64,000 bases of DNA from Octopus bimaculoides (taxonomy: Eukaryota). The position numbers and the translations under genes are program-made. The stretch spans positions 113,316,189 to 113,380,188 of the forward strand of contig NC_068981.1 in NCBI RefSeq assembly GCF_001194135.2, in the 5' to 3' direction. The notes beneath the pieces were generated by a model. The model saw only the letters and a program-made list of their open reading frames with translations, had not been told where the DNA came from and ran no database searches. Below, one piece after another: positions 10,629 to 23,184 of this stretch; position 1 is the stretch's first letter, and each line of letters begins with the position of its first letter.

Positions 10629-13600
10629 TTAACCCTTTAGTGTTTAAACTGGCTATATCTGGCCCAAATATTTTATCTCTTTTATGTTCAAACCAGTCAG
10701 TCCAGCCTCTCACACCTACCCTACAATGTCATTATACCAAGAAACAATCACATCATTGAAATCTTGAAGCTATGAGATACAATATGGTTAATGTGGTGTT
10801 ACGACGACCCTGATGACTCCAGGAGTGGTAGAGATGTGGAGTGGAGAAAGCAGTGTGAGAGGTACGCTGTGAAGGCATTACAGACGTGCAGATTGAGTTG
10901 CAGGGAACAAAGCTGACGCTGCAAGCAATTGTAGTTGGCAACTTGGTGGATGAGATTGACGTGGTGATGGGAATGGATGCACTCACCCGTTTAGGAGGTG
11001 TTACTGTCAACAAGGCCAGTGTGACTTTCGGGTTCGTGGGGAAACTGTGTATGGCGACACCGTGCATTGGTGAGAACCACGAAGAAAACTATGCCGCGCA
11101 CACCATTGAAGACCAGGATTTTCGTACCGTCTTCGATGGCCAGAGGTGGACAGTGGAGTGGCACTGGAGGGGAGAGCCCCCAACGTTAAAAAATAAAGTG
11201 GGCTGCTACCAGCATACTTTGAAAGGAGATGCCAGAAGCGAGTTTGAGGGGGAGGTGGAGCGGTGGATTAAGGAGGGCATATTGATCCCTTGGGAAGAAG
11301 AAGTAGAGAGCGGAGTCCTGCCACTGATGGCAGTGGTATAGCCCGCAAAGCATAAGGTCAGATCAGTGCTTGAATGACCACATATCATGTTGTACGGGCG
11401 GTGAGGCCACAGATGTCTGCGTGGACACCTTGCGAGAATGGAGGCAGATGACAGGGGGCCTCCACGATCGTCGATTTGAAGTCGGCATACCTGCAGGTGC
11501 ATGTGGCTGAGAGACTGTGGAAGCATCAGTTTGTCAGGTATAAGGGCTGGACATACTATCTGACCAGGCTGGGGTTTGGGCTAGATTCAGCGCCAAAAAT
11601 TATGGCAACAATTCTCAAGGCCATCCTGGGAAAGGTAGACAGAGTAAAAAGGGCCACCAATTCGTACATCGATGACATCCTTGCGGATGAAACCATAATG
11701 CCAGCAACAGAGGTCATAGGCCACCTGAAAAATTTCGGACTGGTCGCCAAGCCATCAGAGGCCATGGAGGGAGGCGCTGCACTGGACCTCAGGCTACGGA
11801 GAGAAAAGGCTGGCACGTTGGTGTTTCAGTGAGGGAACGAGATCCTCGAACTGGGTACCAGCGTGAGTAGACAGGAACTGTTTTTGGTGTGTGGGAATCT
11901 GGTGGGACACTACCCGGTTGCAGGATGGCTCCAGACAGCATGTAGCTTCATCAAGAGACGAGTCGAAGGAGCAAAGTGGAATGACAGAGTGGGGGAGAAA
12001 ACGACCGACATGATGCAGGAAGTCTTGGTCAGAGTGAGAGCAGAGGATCCAGTGAGGGGCAGTTGGTATGTTCCCAAATCAAAGAGCGGGATTGTTTGGT
12101 GTGATGCCAGTAGCATCGTTATAGGGATTGTCTTAGAAATGGGAGGCACTGTGGTGGAAGATGCAGCCTGGCTCAGGAAGATGGATGACTGAAACCATAT
12201 CAATGTGGCGGAGTTGGATGCCGTGCTGAAGGGGCTGAACCTGGCCTTGAAGTGGGGGCTGCGCACCATCAAAATTAGGACCGATTTGTCCACTGTGCTT
12301 GGTTGGGTGATGGCAGTCATCACCAATGAGTGGAGGGTGTGAACCAAAGGGGCTGCGGAGATGTTGGTAAAGCGTCGATTGGGAATATTGCGTGAGCTAA
12401 CCACTGAGTTTGATCTGAAGCTGAGCGTGATTTTTGTGCCTTCCGAAAAGAACAGGGCAGACGTCCTAACCAGGGTAAAGCGAGCCTGGTTGCAGGTGCC
12501 AGAGGATGCAGTGCAGTATGCTGTCTGAGTGACTCGGAGCTGAGGAGACTANNNNNNNNNNNNNNNNNNNNNNNNNNNNNNNNNNNNNNNNNNNNNNNNN
12601 NNNNNNNNNNNNNNNNNNNNNNNNNNNNNNNNNNNNNNNNNNNNNNNNNNNNNNNNNNNNNNNNNNNNNNNNNNNNNNNNNNNNNNNNNNNNNNNNNNNN
12701 NNNNNNNNNNNNNNNNNNNNNNNNNNNNNNNNNNNNNNNNNNNNNNNNNNNNNNNNNNNNNNNNNNNNNNNNCGTGGAAGTATTAAATGAGATATTCCTG
12801 GAATGAGGGACCGTGGATGAGCTGCTGCTGGATAATGGCACTGCATTTCGCTTGGAGGTACTGAAAGAAATGCTTGATGGGTGGCAGGTCAGCTGCTTCT
12901 TCAGGGCGGCATACTAGCCAAGTGGAAATGGAGTGGTGGAGAGGCATCATCGTACCATCAAGACCATGGCAGAGAGGGGCCACATTTCGCCAATCGAGGC
13001 CATATTTTGGTACAATATGTCGTCCAGGTCAGGACAGGCTGAGGAGTCGGTGCCACACAGGGCAATATTCAGGTACAAGTGGAGGCATCCGTGTATTGCA
13101 TCAAATCGACTCGAGGGAGAGGAAGAGCACACCTTTGTGCAGGTCAGGAAAGAAGTTTGGGTAAAACCCCAAATGCACGGTGTACATCACAATGGGGAAA
13201 AGGAACTATAACCTCCATCAATTCGAAGAACAACGTCTCTGTCAATGGTATGCCACGCCATGTTTTGGATGTGCGGAAGATTGTCAATGCCTCAGAGGAT
13301 GGAACCAACAGCAGTGGGCAAGATGATGAAGACAGCAGCAGTAGGCAAGATGATGAAGCCAGCGGCAGCGCGCCAGGAGCTCAGGCCAGTCCCGGGGTCG
13401 CACAGCGACCACAGAGGGAGTGGCACCCTCCTCCCTGGTTGGCTGATTTTGAAACCAATTAAGGTAGTCAAGGAGCGAGGAGTGAGTGGGAAAGCCGGTT
13501 GAGTGATCTGTAGATCAGTGGGGGGGGGCATGTGGTGTTACATGTGGTGTTATGGGCTGTGATGAGCTATATGTTGTTGGTGGAGAGAGATGAAGCAAAC

Positions 13601-13893
13601 GGAATTGAAGACAGACTGGAAGGGCCAGACCGGAAGGGCCAGACTGGAAGTCGGCCACACGCGGTGGACAGCGAGCACGTGGGATCAGTTCGAAGACAGA
13701 TGGCTTACAGAGAAGACGTGTTTTGATCTGGAGCGATTGTTTACTCCGCCATGGTCGACAAGGTAAGGTCCCAGTGTTTCATTCTCCCTTATGCTTCTTG
13801 TTGTCTTTTTCCTCCATCACACCTCAGTTAATTTAAAACAATTAAAATAAATAAGCATTATATTTAAGAGTAATCTGGATGCTAAAGAGTTAA
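10629..13893. mobile_element. ~225 bp TTAA-bounded (piggyBac-like) MITE split by an LTR insertion
   Basis: TTAACCCTTTAG at 10629-10640 and CTAAAGAGTTAA at 13882-13893. Confidence 0.7.
10792..13826 (+). mobile_element. Ty3/Gypsy-type LTR retrotransposon relic (PR-RT-RH-IN); 5' LTR and gag deleted
   Basis: DVVMGMD protease, DLKSAYLQ/RLGFGL/YIDDIL RT, WCDASS RNase H, DNG..F/GNGVVERHHRTIK integrase; G-rich PPT at ~13519-13528; 3' LTR 13531-13826; GTTAA TSD at 10787-10791 and 13827-13831; stops and frameshifts. Confidence 0.9.
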
Positions 13894-14963
13894 ACAAGGA
13901 GGTGTAAACTCATGACACACTGTGATCCATTTTGTCCCCTCTTATGTATACTTTTTATATTTGCATGTTGAAATACTGATATTCAAACCTAGATTAATCA
14001 ATAATAAATTTCATTTACAACAATATTGTTCTCTTCACTCAGATGTTATAGACATAAGCTGATGAATATAAGTACTCATAGTAATAGTGTTATAATAAGG
14101 ATGACTACATGGATGTAGTAGTTACTATAAAAAGTATGGCAGTAGCTAAACATAGGCTGTGAGGATGGTTGCAATAGAATGATAGTGGTAACTAAAAAAA
14201 GACAGTGCAGCAGTAGCAAGATAGTAACTACTATTTACTCCTCTTTTAATGATCCTGTCTTTATGAAGTTTTCTTATTCATTGTTAATAGATAAATTTTA
14301 TCACTTCTTTTAATCAAGGGTGACTTAACAATGGGTAATGACAATTGACTTTGAGTGAATGAGTACTGAGATGGGAGCAAGATGTACATATTTTGCCTTT
14401 CTCAAGAGCACTAACAATGTAAATGTAATGAAATAGTTACAATTGAAGTCAGGTCTGTTTACTTAGAGCTTACTTTCATCTTGATGGTGCTCACTATCTT
14501 TAACTCACAAATGTTGTAGTATCAACCGGCACCCAGTTTCAAACTATTGATGTCAGTCAGAAATTGATACGATAAAAAGTAAGATAAATGAAATGTTCCA
14601 ACAGAAATAGGACCAGCAAGACAGATATTGTAAAGAAGGTATACAGGAATAATCCATTTTCTCAACTCCAAAGAAATGAAGTCCAGTTTGGTTTCAAAAC
14701 AGAAGGCATTGAACTAGACACTGACAAGCATTTAATCTTGTGGTGTACTATTGCCACCACATTAGAGCTAACAAGCATTGGTTTCTCTAGAACAAGGCTA
14801 CAGATTTATAGAGAAGGGAAAAACTAATTAAATCAACCTAATATTTAACCCATACAGAACTAAGTACTAAAAGTTGGTTTGTTATTCTATTAATTTTTCT
14901 GGTAAACTTAACAAAGTAATGCCATCTATTCATTATTCATCAAATAGGGACAACCAGGCCAAA

Positions 14964-15690
14964 TATTGGACCTTTTCTGTTTGGCTGCCACTTTTCAATT
15001 CCTTAAATTTTTGTTTCAATTGGTTTCATATTTGGTGTGATGTAGTTTTGTAGAGTAATCATTGACAGGAAATTCATTTTCACCATAAATCAATAAATAA
15101 AAAGTTAATAGCTTTTAAAGTTTACAAATTTTGGGTAATCTTAGCCAATCAAAGCTACAGACAAAGCTATAGTAACAAACCAAGCTGCTTAACACATGTT
15201 CTTTTTGTTGCTTATTTAATTCTTAAAACACATTTGGTATAAGATGATCATGGAATGTGCTAAAAATCACAGCTATTTTTTTTTGGGNNNNNNNNNNNNN
15301 NNNNNNNNNNNNNNGGGGGGGGGGTGCATAATCATATGAATTCTCATGTGTAGAATACAAATTCGCAAAACTTTTCTGAAAATTCCAAAAAATAAAGTTA
15401 TGAGGGGTTATATGGTGTGCATAAAGCAGAATTCCACCAATATTTCATTCGTTTACAGTTAACAACACATGCTGTCATGCACAAAATGACAGCTTCCAAA
15501 TCCTGTTTTCTGGCTGGGTAAAAATGATCAAACTTTAAACTTCTGTAACTCTTTAAAAAAAAATTTCTGGAAAAAGTGAATTATCTCCTGAAATTCAATG
15601 CAGAAAATTACATCAATACACCAAATTTCAAAATTTTCAGTAAACTTTAAAATTTCCACAGGTGCAGCCAAACAGAAAAGGTCCCAAATA
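14964..15690. mobile_element. MITE with ~22 bp TIR (GGACCTTTTCTGTTTGGCTGC)
   Basis: TIRs at 14964-14988 and 15664-15690; imperfect subterminal inverted similarity. Confidence 0.75.
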
Positions 15691-15974
15691 TCTGCAAAAC
15701 ATGCAACTCAAAACCTCACTAAGTGACCAGAGCTGTCCTCTGAGGATATAGGCAGACTCTGTCATAGTCATTGGATTATTTCCCATTAAAGCATTGATCA
15801 ACTACCCACAGTAGATTCCATTCTCATTAAGAGATTTCAATAGGTGTGTGTTAAAATAATTAGTTAGCTAACATATCAAACCTGTTACTCTCACTTTAAA
15901 AGTTTAATGATGCACAAAACATATAAAGGAATAAGGAATTAAAGAATTAAAGTAAAACATGTTTCATTTTTCAG

Positions 15975-16145
15975 GCATTCAGTACAGTATTTGAAAAGGC
16001 TATAGAACAAGCTGAGCTCGCTGAAGATGTTTCTGGACGAGTTGTAAACCTGATAGATAAGATAACATATTCTGTGTATCAATACACCACAAGGGGATTG
16101 TTTGAAAGAGACAAGTTGATTTTCACTTCCCAATTAACTTTCCAG
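15975..16145 (+). CDS. Dynein heavy chain exon AFSTVFEKAI...RGLFERDKLIFTSQLTFQ
   Basis: tttttcag acceptor, CAG|gtatga donor; 171 nt; continues FSLK|AF; not in the supplied ORF track. Confidence 0.95.
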
Positions 16146-16414
16146 GTATGACACATACTGTTTCTTACTCTTGAGTTATTTTCTTTTTCTGTCAACTTTT
16201 CATTCTTTGACTGATGTTCTGGCTTTCACCATCCTATTGTTTTTTTTTTTAATATAATATATGCAGAATTGTATTATCCAATGTATCTTTCCATTTTTAG
16301 ACAGTATACAATCTATTCAGTACAACAATACCACCAAGTCAGTTGGTCATTGGGGATGGGGCAATGAGTCAGGCACATAGACAGACAAACAGATAATACT
16401 GTTATATTAGTATA

Positions 16415-18657
16415 CTAGCTGAATGACCTGGCATTGCCTGGGTTACAGCTGTTCTTATTCAGATTAATAAACAATAAATATGAAGATGTTTTTTTTCATC
16501 ATTATTTCAAAATATCTATATTTTATTTAAAAAATATCCAAATTGTAATGATAATAGAACTTAGAAATGAAAATCTGTCAATCTTGAAGCACCTCAGAGT
16601 AAACAATATTCATTGGTGTCCAAATGAATAAATTGTTGCTGCTTCCAACTCGTGAGCATGCAACATAGAGTTAGCCATAGGAGAAACATGTAGTAGAGAG
16701 ATCAAGTCCAACTACCTTGAGGGATTGACCCTGAGATTTGTTAATTGAAATACCAAAACTTAGTTTGACTGGAAACTGAAGCTTCTTAAATTCAAATGGA
16801 ACATCTGTAGGCATGAAAGGAATTTTTGGAATAAAGACATTTTCTCCTTTGTGACTACCAGCTATGATTGTTGCCTCTAAAACATGGGGCATCATGGAAG
16901 TAACAATTAAGCGAGTTCCATTACACAGGTGGGTAAAGATTCCTAAGCAACATAATGGGAGCACCCAGCTTTAGTGCCAAGTTATGCAGTGGCATCCCAG
17001 TGGGTTTAAGTGTGTTGAGAAATTCAACAGGGTATTGAACAGCCTGATCTTGATTGACTGTTGTGTGAATTGATCGAAAAGTCATTTCTGATGTATCTGT
17101 TAACTTTTGAAGATGTTCATGATTGTGTTTATCAACCATTTCATCAGTTAGAGCCAGTATAGCTCTTTCACATCTACACATACATATGTTTATATAAGTG
17201 TCTGTGTGTGTGTTTGTGTGTTCATTACATACTTTAGACCTCAGGCAATTAAACATACACACACACATACACAGTGTAATTGACAATCATACATTCACTC
17301 ACACACACATACACTCTCACATACATATACTAAGACAGGTGCACACCTCAGGGTAAACAATATTCATTATATACTTGTCAGTCATCACATATGTATATGT
17401 ATGTGTAGATAAAGTGTTATATTGTTTTAATCCAAATGAAAATAAAAATTATCACACATACACTCACACACATATACACACTCACATATACTAGGACAGA
17501 CACATAGACATACATTCATTCACACCTCAAGGTAAACAATATTCATTATATACTTGTCAGTCATCACATATGAATATGTATGTGTAGATGTTTGTGAGCC
17601 AATTCTAGATCTCTGCAGGACGGCACTCTCTTTCTCTTTCTCTGTCTGTCTGTCTCTCTCTCTGAATATCTAACGCTTTAATTGTATCTCGCTTTGTATA
17701 ACGGTCTATCTCTCTCCGTCTGTGTGTCTCTCTCTCTCTTTAGATGTGTGTGTGTGTATCAGTCGTCACAAAAATGTATGTATAATCACACACATACACT
17801 CTCACACATATACTTGTCGGTCATCACATGTGTATGTGTGTGTGTATGTTTAATTGTCTGAGGTCTAAAGTATGTAATGAACACACAAACACACACACAG
17901 ACACGTACACACTTATATAAACATATGTATGTGTAGATGTGTGTATGTGTTTAATTCTCTGAGGCCTAACATACATAAGGAACACGCAAAAGAATCTAAC
18001 ATTTTAATTGTATCTCTCACTCTCTATAACGGCCTATCTCTCTCCCTTTGTATGTGTGTGTCTCTTTCTCTTTAGATGTGTGTGTGTGTGTGTATGTGTG
18101 TGGTCACAAAAATGTATGTATACTCACACACACATACATTCTCACATATACTCACACACATATACTTGTCAGTCATCACATATGTATATGTATGTGTAGG
18201 TGTGTGTGTTTAATTCTCTGAGGCCTAACATACGTAATGAATACGCAAACACACACACACACACTCACAGACACATACACACTCATATACTCATATATAT
18301 ATACATATGTATATGTATGTGTAGACGTGTATGTGTAGATGTGTATGTGTATTTAATTCTCTGAGGCTTAATATATCGAACATGCAAAAACACACAGACT
18401 CACAGATACATACACACCCATATACAAAATGTGATGTCATTGTGGTATGAAATATCCTTTACTATAGTTGGCTACAGAAAGATTATTTAGATAAAATGTT
18501 ACATTGTTTGAATTCAAATGAAAATAAAAATTACATGTTGACACTTGCGAGGTCTAATACTATTGCCTTGTAAAATTTGATTTGATTTGGTCAAGCTGTT
18601 TGAGAATGCATAGAAAACAGACAGACAGAGAGACAAAGAATATTTTATATATATAGA
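16415..18657 (-). mobile_element. Internally deleted Helitron with PIF1-like helicase C-terminus and a microsatellite-rich tandem array
   Basis: YPVEFLN...PIMLLRN, LCNGTRL, FPVKL...INKSQGQSL, LYVACSRV at 16630-17170; 5' TCTATATATATAAAA at 18657; 3' hairpin plus CTAG at 16415-16443. Confidence 0.85.
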
Positions 18658-18947
18658 CATGTGGCAGTGTATACAAGTGTGTCATTATACATACAGAGAG
18701 AGATGTAGACAGAATAGAAATTCATATTTTTGTTCTAATCTCTTTAAAGATAGTGTTGAGAAATGTGTCTATGTGCATATATGCATACACACACACACAC
18801 ACACATACACACACACACACACACACATACACATACATACATACATACATACATACATACATACATACATACATACATACATACATAGGGAGAGAGAGGG
18901 AGACGGTTTCACAAAAATTATTACATTGTTACTTTATCCAGGGTAAA

Positions 18948-19290
18948 GTGTAAAGACCCCCTTCAGTCATGAATGACCATGAGATTGCACCTAGAAAGTT
19001 ACCCTCCAAGGCACAAGTCTGGGCAAGATTGTTTATGGAAGACCAGCAGTCACCCATGCATACCAACCTCCTCTCTATGCCACCAATGTTATCCAAGGGA
19101 AAGGCAAAGGCCAATACAGCTTGGCACCAGTGATGTTGCAACTCATTTCTATAGCTGAGTGAACTGGAACAATATGAAATAAAGTGTCTTGCTCAAGAGC
19201 ACAATACACAGCCCAGTCTGGGAACCAAACTCATTACCTCATGATTGTGAGCCTGACACTCTAACTACTGAACCATACACCTTTATTTCA
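18948..19290 (+). mobile_element. Short retroposon/SINE-like LINE 3' tail
   Basis: Recognised by eye as a common interspersed repeat; inserted after a (CATA)n microsatellite. Confidence 0.45.
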
Positions 19291-21315
19291 ACACAGTAGA
19301 GCAATGTTTAAAGATTTGGTTTCAGGTCATAACATTTGAGCAACTGCATTGAGACTCAATCTTGTAACACTCTCACAAATATCCTCATACAAGAGATAAC
19401 ATTATAGCAACACAACTTAACTTTTATCAGATCATGTACCAATTATCATCACAGTACACTGACACATAAAAGAATAGGGCAAACATCACTTTCACAAACT
19501 TCAAAAAACAAAGTCAGTATTTTCAGAATCCAAGAACACCTCACTCACTAACATAAACATTCGACAAAATAATTATACACACATTCAATATGAATAAATG
19601 CAATCTCAATTGCACATCACAAATAACCCACCTTATAAAGACCAGATACAACTTCAAACAAACACATAACAGAAATTTAAATCAGCATCAAACAACTAAA
19701 CAGGAAAATAAATGACAAAAACAATAGAGAAATTTTTAAACTGGTAACATTTTTATCCAAAATAAACCACAGATCAAACATTACATAGGTATATAGAATA
19801 ATTAGCATCATTAACAACAAAGGTGTCCTATATACCTTACGTTAGATTAACAATTTTAAATATGTCTTCAAAAATCATTTAACAAAATCCACACCAAATA
19901 ATAGAGCATGATTTTGACTCCTTCCGTCTATCAAACACCCAATAAACAATAGGTAAATCTAATAACTCAAAACCTCAGGGCATGATAAAATCACAAACTA
20001 TCCCTGGAAACACTTAAGCTTTGAAAGAATCACTACACTCACCAACATCTACAACTATTTATACCACACAGCAAAATTCCAAACTACATGCTGGCTAAAA
20101 TCACGGCAAAACATCATACTGATCCATCAACCTCTCAATAGTGCGAGAAAGGTCATCAGTAGCCCACATATCCTCCTCTCTAAATCATATATATTCAGAC
20201 TTTTACTCTCAAACCACCACACTACTCACTAATCTAATAGGGAGAATACACTATGGTTTCAATAGTAAAAACTTCCCACATACACTGTTCTAACTATTAT
20301 TGATATCAACATAGGTTAGCATAAAAAACACCTATGCATATCAGTATAATCAACAGTGACACAAGTTCCAAGTACTATGCTAGGTTGCACTGTTACAGTA
20401 ACAAGTTAACCTTGCTCATTTCTGCTCTGGTCATCACCAGAGGGCATACAAAATTGGACTGGTTTAACATATAATAAATGTCCACACTGTCACACTGCAT
20501 CCAATATGATTTTTTCACTGGTTGCTGGTATACACAGTAAGGTCCTCAGCTAGGTAGAAACATGGTTTACTTTCAGCTATGAGACTCCTCAATCAAGGAT
20601 GATTCAATCTGCAAAGCAATAAATTGTCTGAAGCACTTGATGCTGCATTGATGGTTTTTTTAATCTCTTTCTTCTCCTTTTTATCTGTCACCTTTTTCTT
20701 TTCTTCTGCTTTTTTTTCTTTCTTTTCTTTGTCTTTCTTTTGTAAAAAACTATATTAGATACATACATATTATATATATAATTGTTATCTCTGTTGATAA
20801 TAAAATCTCTTGGATCAAAAATCTTGTCAAACTTCAGGTTCATGGTGTGAGTTGGGGTTAGCTACACTGCACAAGTATGGTTATGTCACTCACATTCTTC
20901 CTATAGCACATTAAAAACTATCTGTCTATTACCTCTAACTACACATACAAATAGATGATGCAATACATTGTTCTCCCTTAACTTTTCATGCAAAGGCTTC
21001 ATTCATATGTAGCAGGTACCTCAAAACTTTAAACTCTATACACATAATCTCATAAGCAAGATTATATAAATATAAACACCACCAATTGTGTTAACAAAGA
21101 TGTGAACATTAAAAGTTGAAACACATAGAAGGAATAGCTGATATGCAAAGAGTGACGAAAATGATTCAATGATTCTTCCTAGAGCCAAAAGCATTCTTTG
21201 TAATTCTAAATTGCACATATCTGTGTGAATAAGTGATTAGTTGTTGATAAACTACAAATTGATGGCATCCTATATTATTTCATAGATACCATTAATAATG
21301 TGTTTTCTCTGATAG

Positions 21316-21438
21316 ATTCTCTTACTAAAGAATGACCTTAATGCAAAGGAACTGGACTTTTTGTTGCGCTTTCCTTTTATTCCAAACCTAATCTCTCCTG
21401 TGAATTTTATCAGCCATACCGGATGGGGAGGTATCAAG
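21316..21438 (+). CDS. Dynein heavy chain exon ILLLKNDLNAKELDFLLRFP...WGGIK
   Basis: ctctgatag acceptor, AAG|gtagga donor; 123 nt; ELDFLLRFP and WGGIK motifs. Confidence 0.93.
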
Positions 21439-21869
21439 GTAGGAAAAAATAAAAATTTTCTTTATTTATTTGTGCATTTAAAAGTTGCCAGCTGAGAAGT
21501 TGATAGTTTATATCCTGTCACTAGTATTACATAATTTCTAACTCCCCAAATTCATTGCTGTCAGCTATATATTTATTGACTTGCAGTGATCATTTCAGTT
21601 TCTCCTCCATATTCAGCCAGAAGATATAAACTCCACTGAGTTGATATAAAAGGTAACAGTTCAATCAATTCACTTATGGATATTTGTAATCATAAGGCAC
21701 CATAATCATAAAGTGTCAGGTAATAAGCACAGTTGTTTGATAATAGATGTATCTAAGATACAACATATCTTGGCTTTTAAATCTGCTGGAGCCCATCCCT
21801 TTCCAGGTTTGATCAAAGCTGATTTCTCTCAGTGACGAATAATAATAATGAGGAGGAGGAGGAGAACGA

Positions 21870-22100
21870 ACATTTTTTATTTTCGCACTAGACCAGCAGT
21901 TTTGGGGGAGGGGTTAAATCGATTACATTGACCCTAGTGCTCAACTGGTACTTATTTCATTATCCCCAAAAGGATGAGAGGCAAAGTCAATCCTAGTAGA
22001 ATTTGAACTCACAACATAAAGATGGACAAAATGCTACTTAGCATTTTGCCTTTTGCCCAGCATGCTAATGATTCTACCATCTAACCACCTTAATAATAAT

Positions 22101-22138
<38 letters not shown>

Positions 22139-22566
22139 GATGGGCTACAGCAAATATTCTGCTCAATACCACAGATTTGCTTGCCAGTTGTTTAACCTTA
22201 ACCAGTTGAGCACGTCCCTTAGTGGCTGACAATGTGCATCTCTGGGGGAGCATCATAGCTATGTGTTGAGAGGAATTCTTTGGGGTTTGAATAATTCACC
22301 TCTGGAAACATGGGTGTTTCATTCAACATCTTTAAACAATCCTTATTTAGCAGGATGAGCTACTCAACCTGAAGAAAATTCTAACTGGGCCCCACATACA
22401 AGGTCATGCGCTGTTTATCTTGATATGAGATCACCATGTCATGCACATATGGTTGTGATGCATGTGCCTGGTGTACCCTTATCAGACAGGTAGTTATGAT
22501 GGATATACTGGGCTTCATATATTTTACCTCAGTATCACTTTGATGGCATGCACTACTCTCTCACTC

Positions 22567-22606
<40 letters not shown>

Positions 22607-22795
22607 TCAGGCCTTGTGCCTATGCACAAGGCCTGAAATTTGGTTGTTGGGGACTAGTTGATTACATCGACCCCACTGTTTCATTGGTACTTAATTTATC
22701 GACCCCGAAAGGATGAAAGGCAAAGTCAACTTCAGCAGAAATACCACTAAGCATTTCATCCAGTGTGCTAATGATTCTGCCAGCTCGCCATGTTA
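21870..22795. mobile_element. Cluster of two tRNA-derived SINEs (minus strand) around an (AAT)n-tailed retroposon 3' fragment
   Basis: Mutually similar copies at ~21870-22075 and ~22600-22790 with a B-box-like gagttcaaatt on the minus strand; (AAC)n and (AAT)n runs at the junctions. Confidence 0.65.
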
Positions 22796-22990
22796 ATAAT
22801 AATAATAATAATAATAATAGCAACAGCAATCTGAACTAAGATCATGTTCTCTCTTTTATGATAATAGTATCAACTCTGATGATGATAGTATTTAATAATT
22901 TGTTAATTTAACAATTCAAAATTGAATATTGTTTTTATTAAACTATAAATTGTTTTGGTTTGTTTTGTTTTGCTGTAATTTCATTAACAG

Positions 22991-23184
22991 GCTCTGATTG
23001 AATTTGAAGATTTTCATAATCTAGATAAAGATATAGAAGGTTCAGCAAAACGGTGGAAGAAATTCATTGAAAGTGAATGTCCAGAGAAAGAGAAATTTCC
23101 TCAAGAATGGAAAAATAAAACTTCACTCCAAAAATTGTGTATAATGAGATCTCTGAGACCTGATAGAATGACTTATGCCATGAG
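22991..23184 (+). CDS. Dynein heavy chain exon [25 protein letters not shown]...[10 protein letters not shown](R)
   Basis: ttaacag acceptor, AG|gtttgt donor; 194 nt ending in phase 2; [12 protein letters not shown] and RPDRMTYA motifs. Confidence 0.95.

Noticed and set aside
16630-17170. PIF1 helicase as a host gene
   Set aside because: Intronless, frameshifted and bounded by Helitron termini.
19300-20600. Possible decayed Penelope RT (YMLAKI resembling Y.LPKIHK) and a TCATCAG
   Set aside because: Too degraded to support by eye; the hairpin after CTGATGA is not followed by GAAA.
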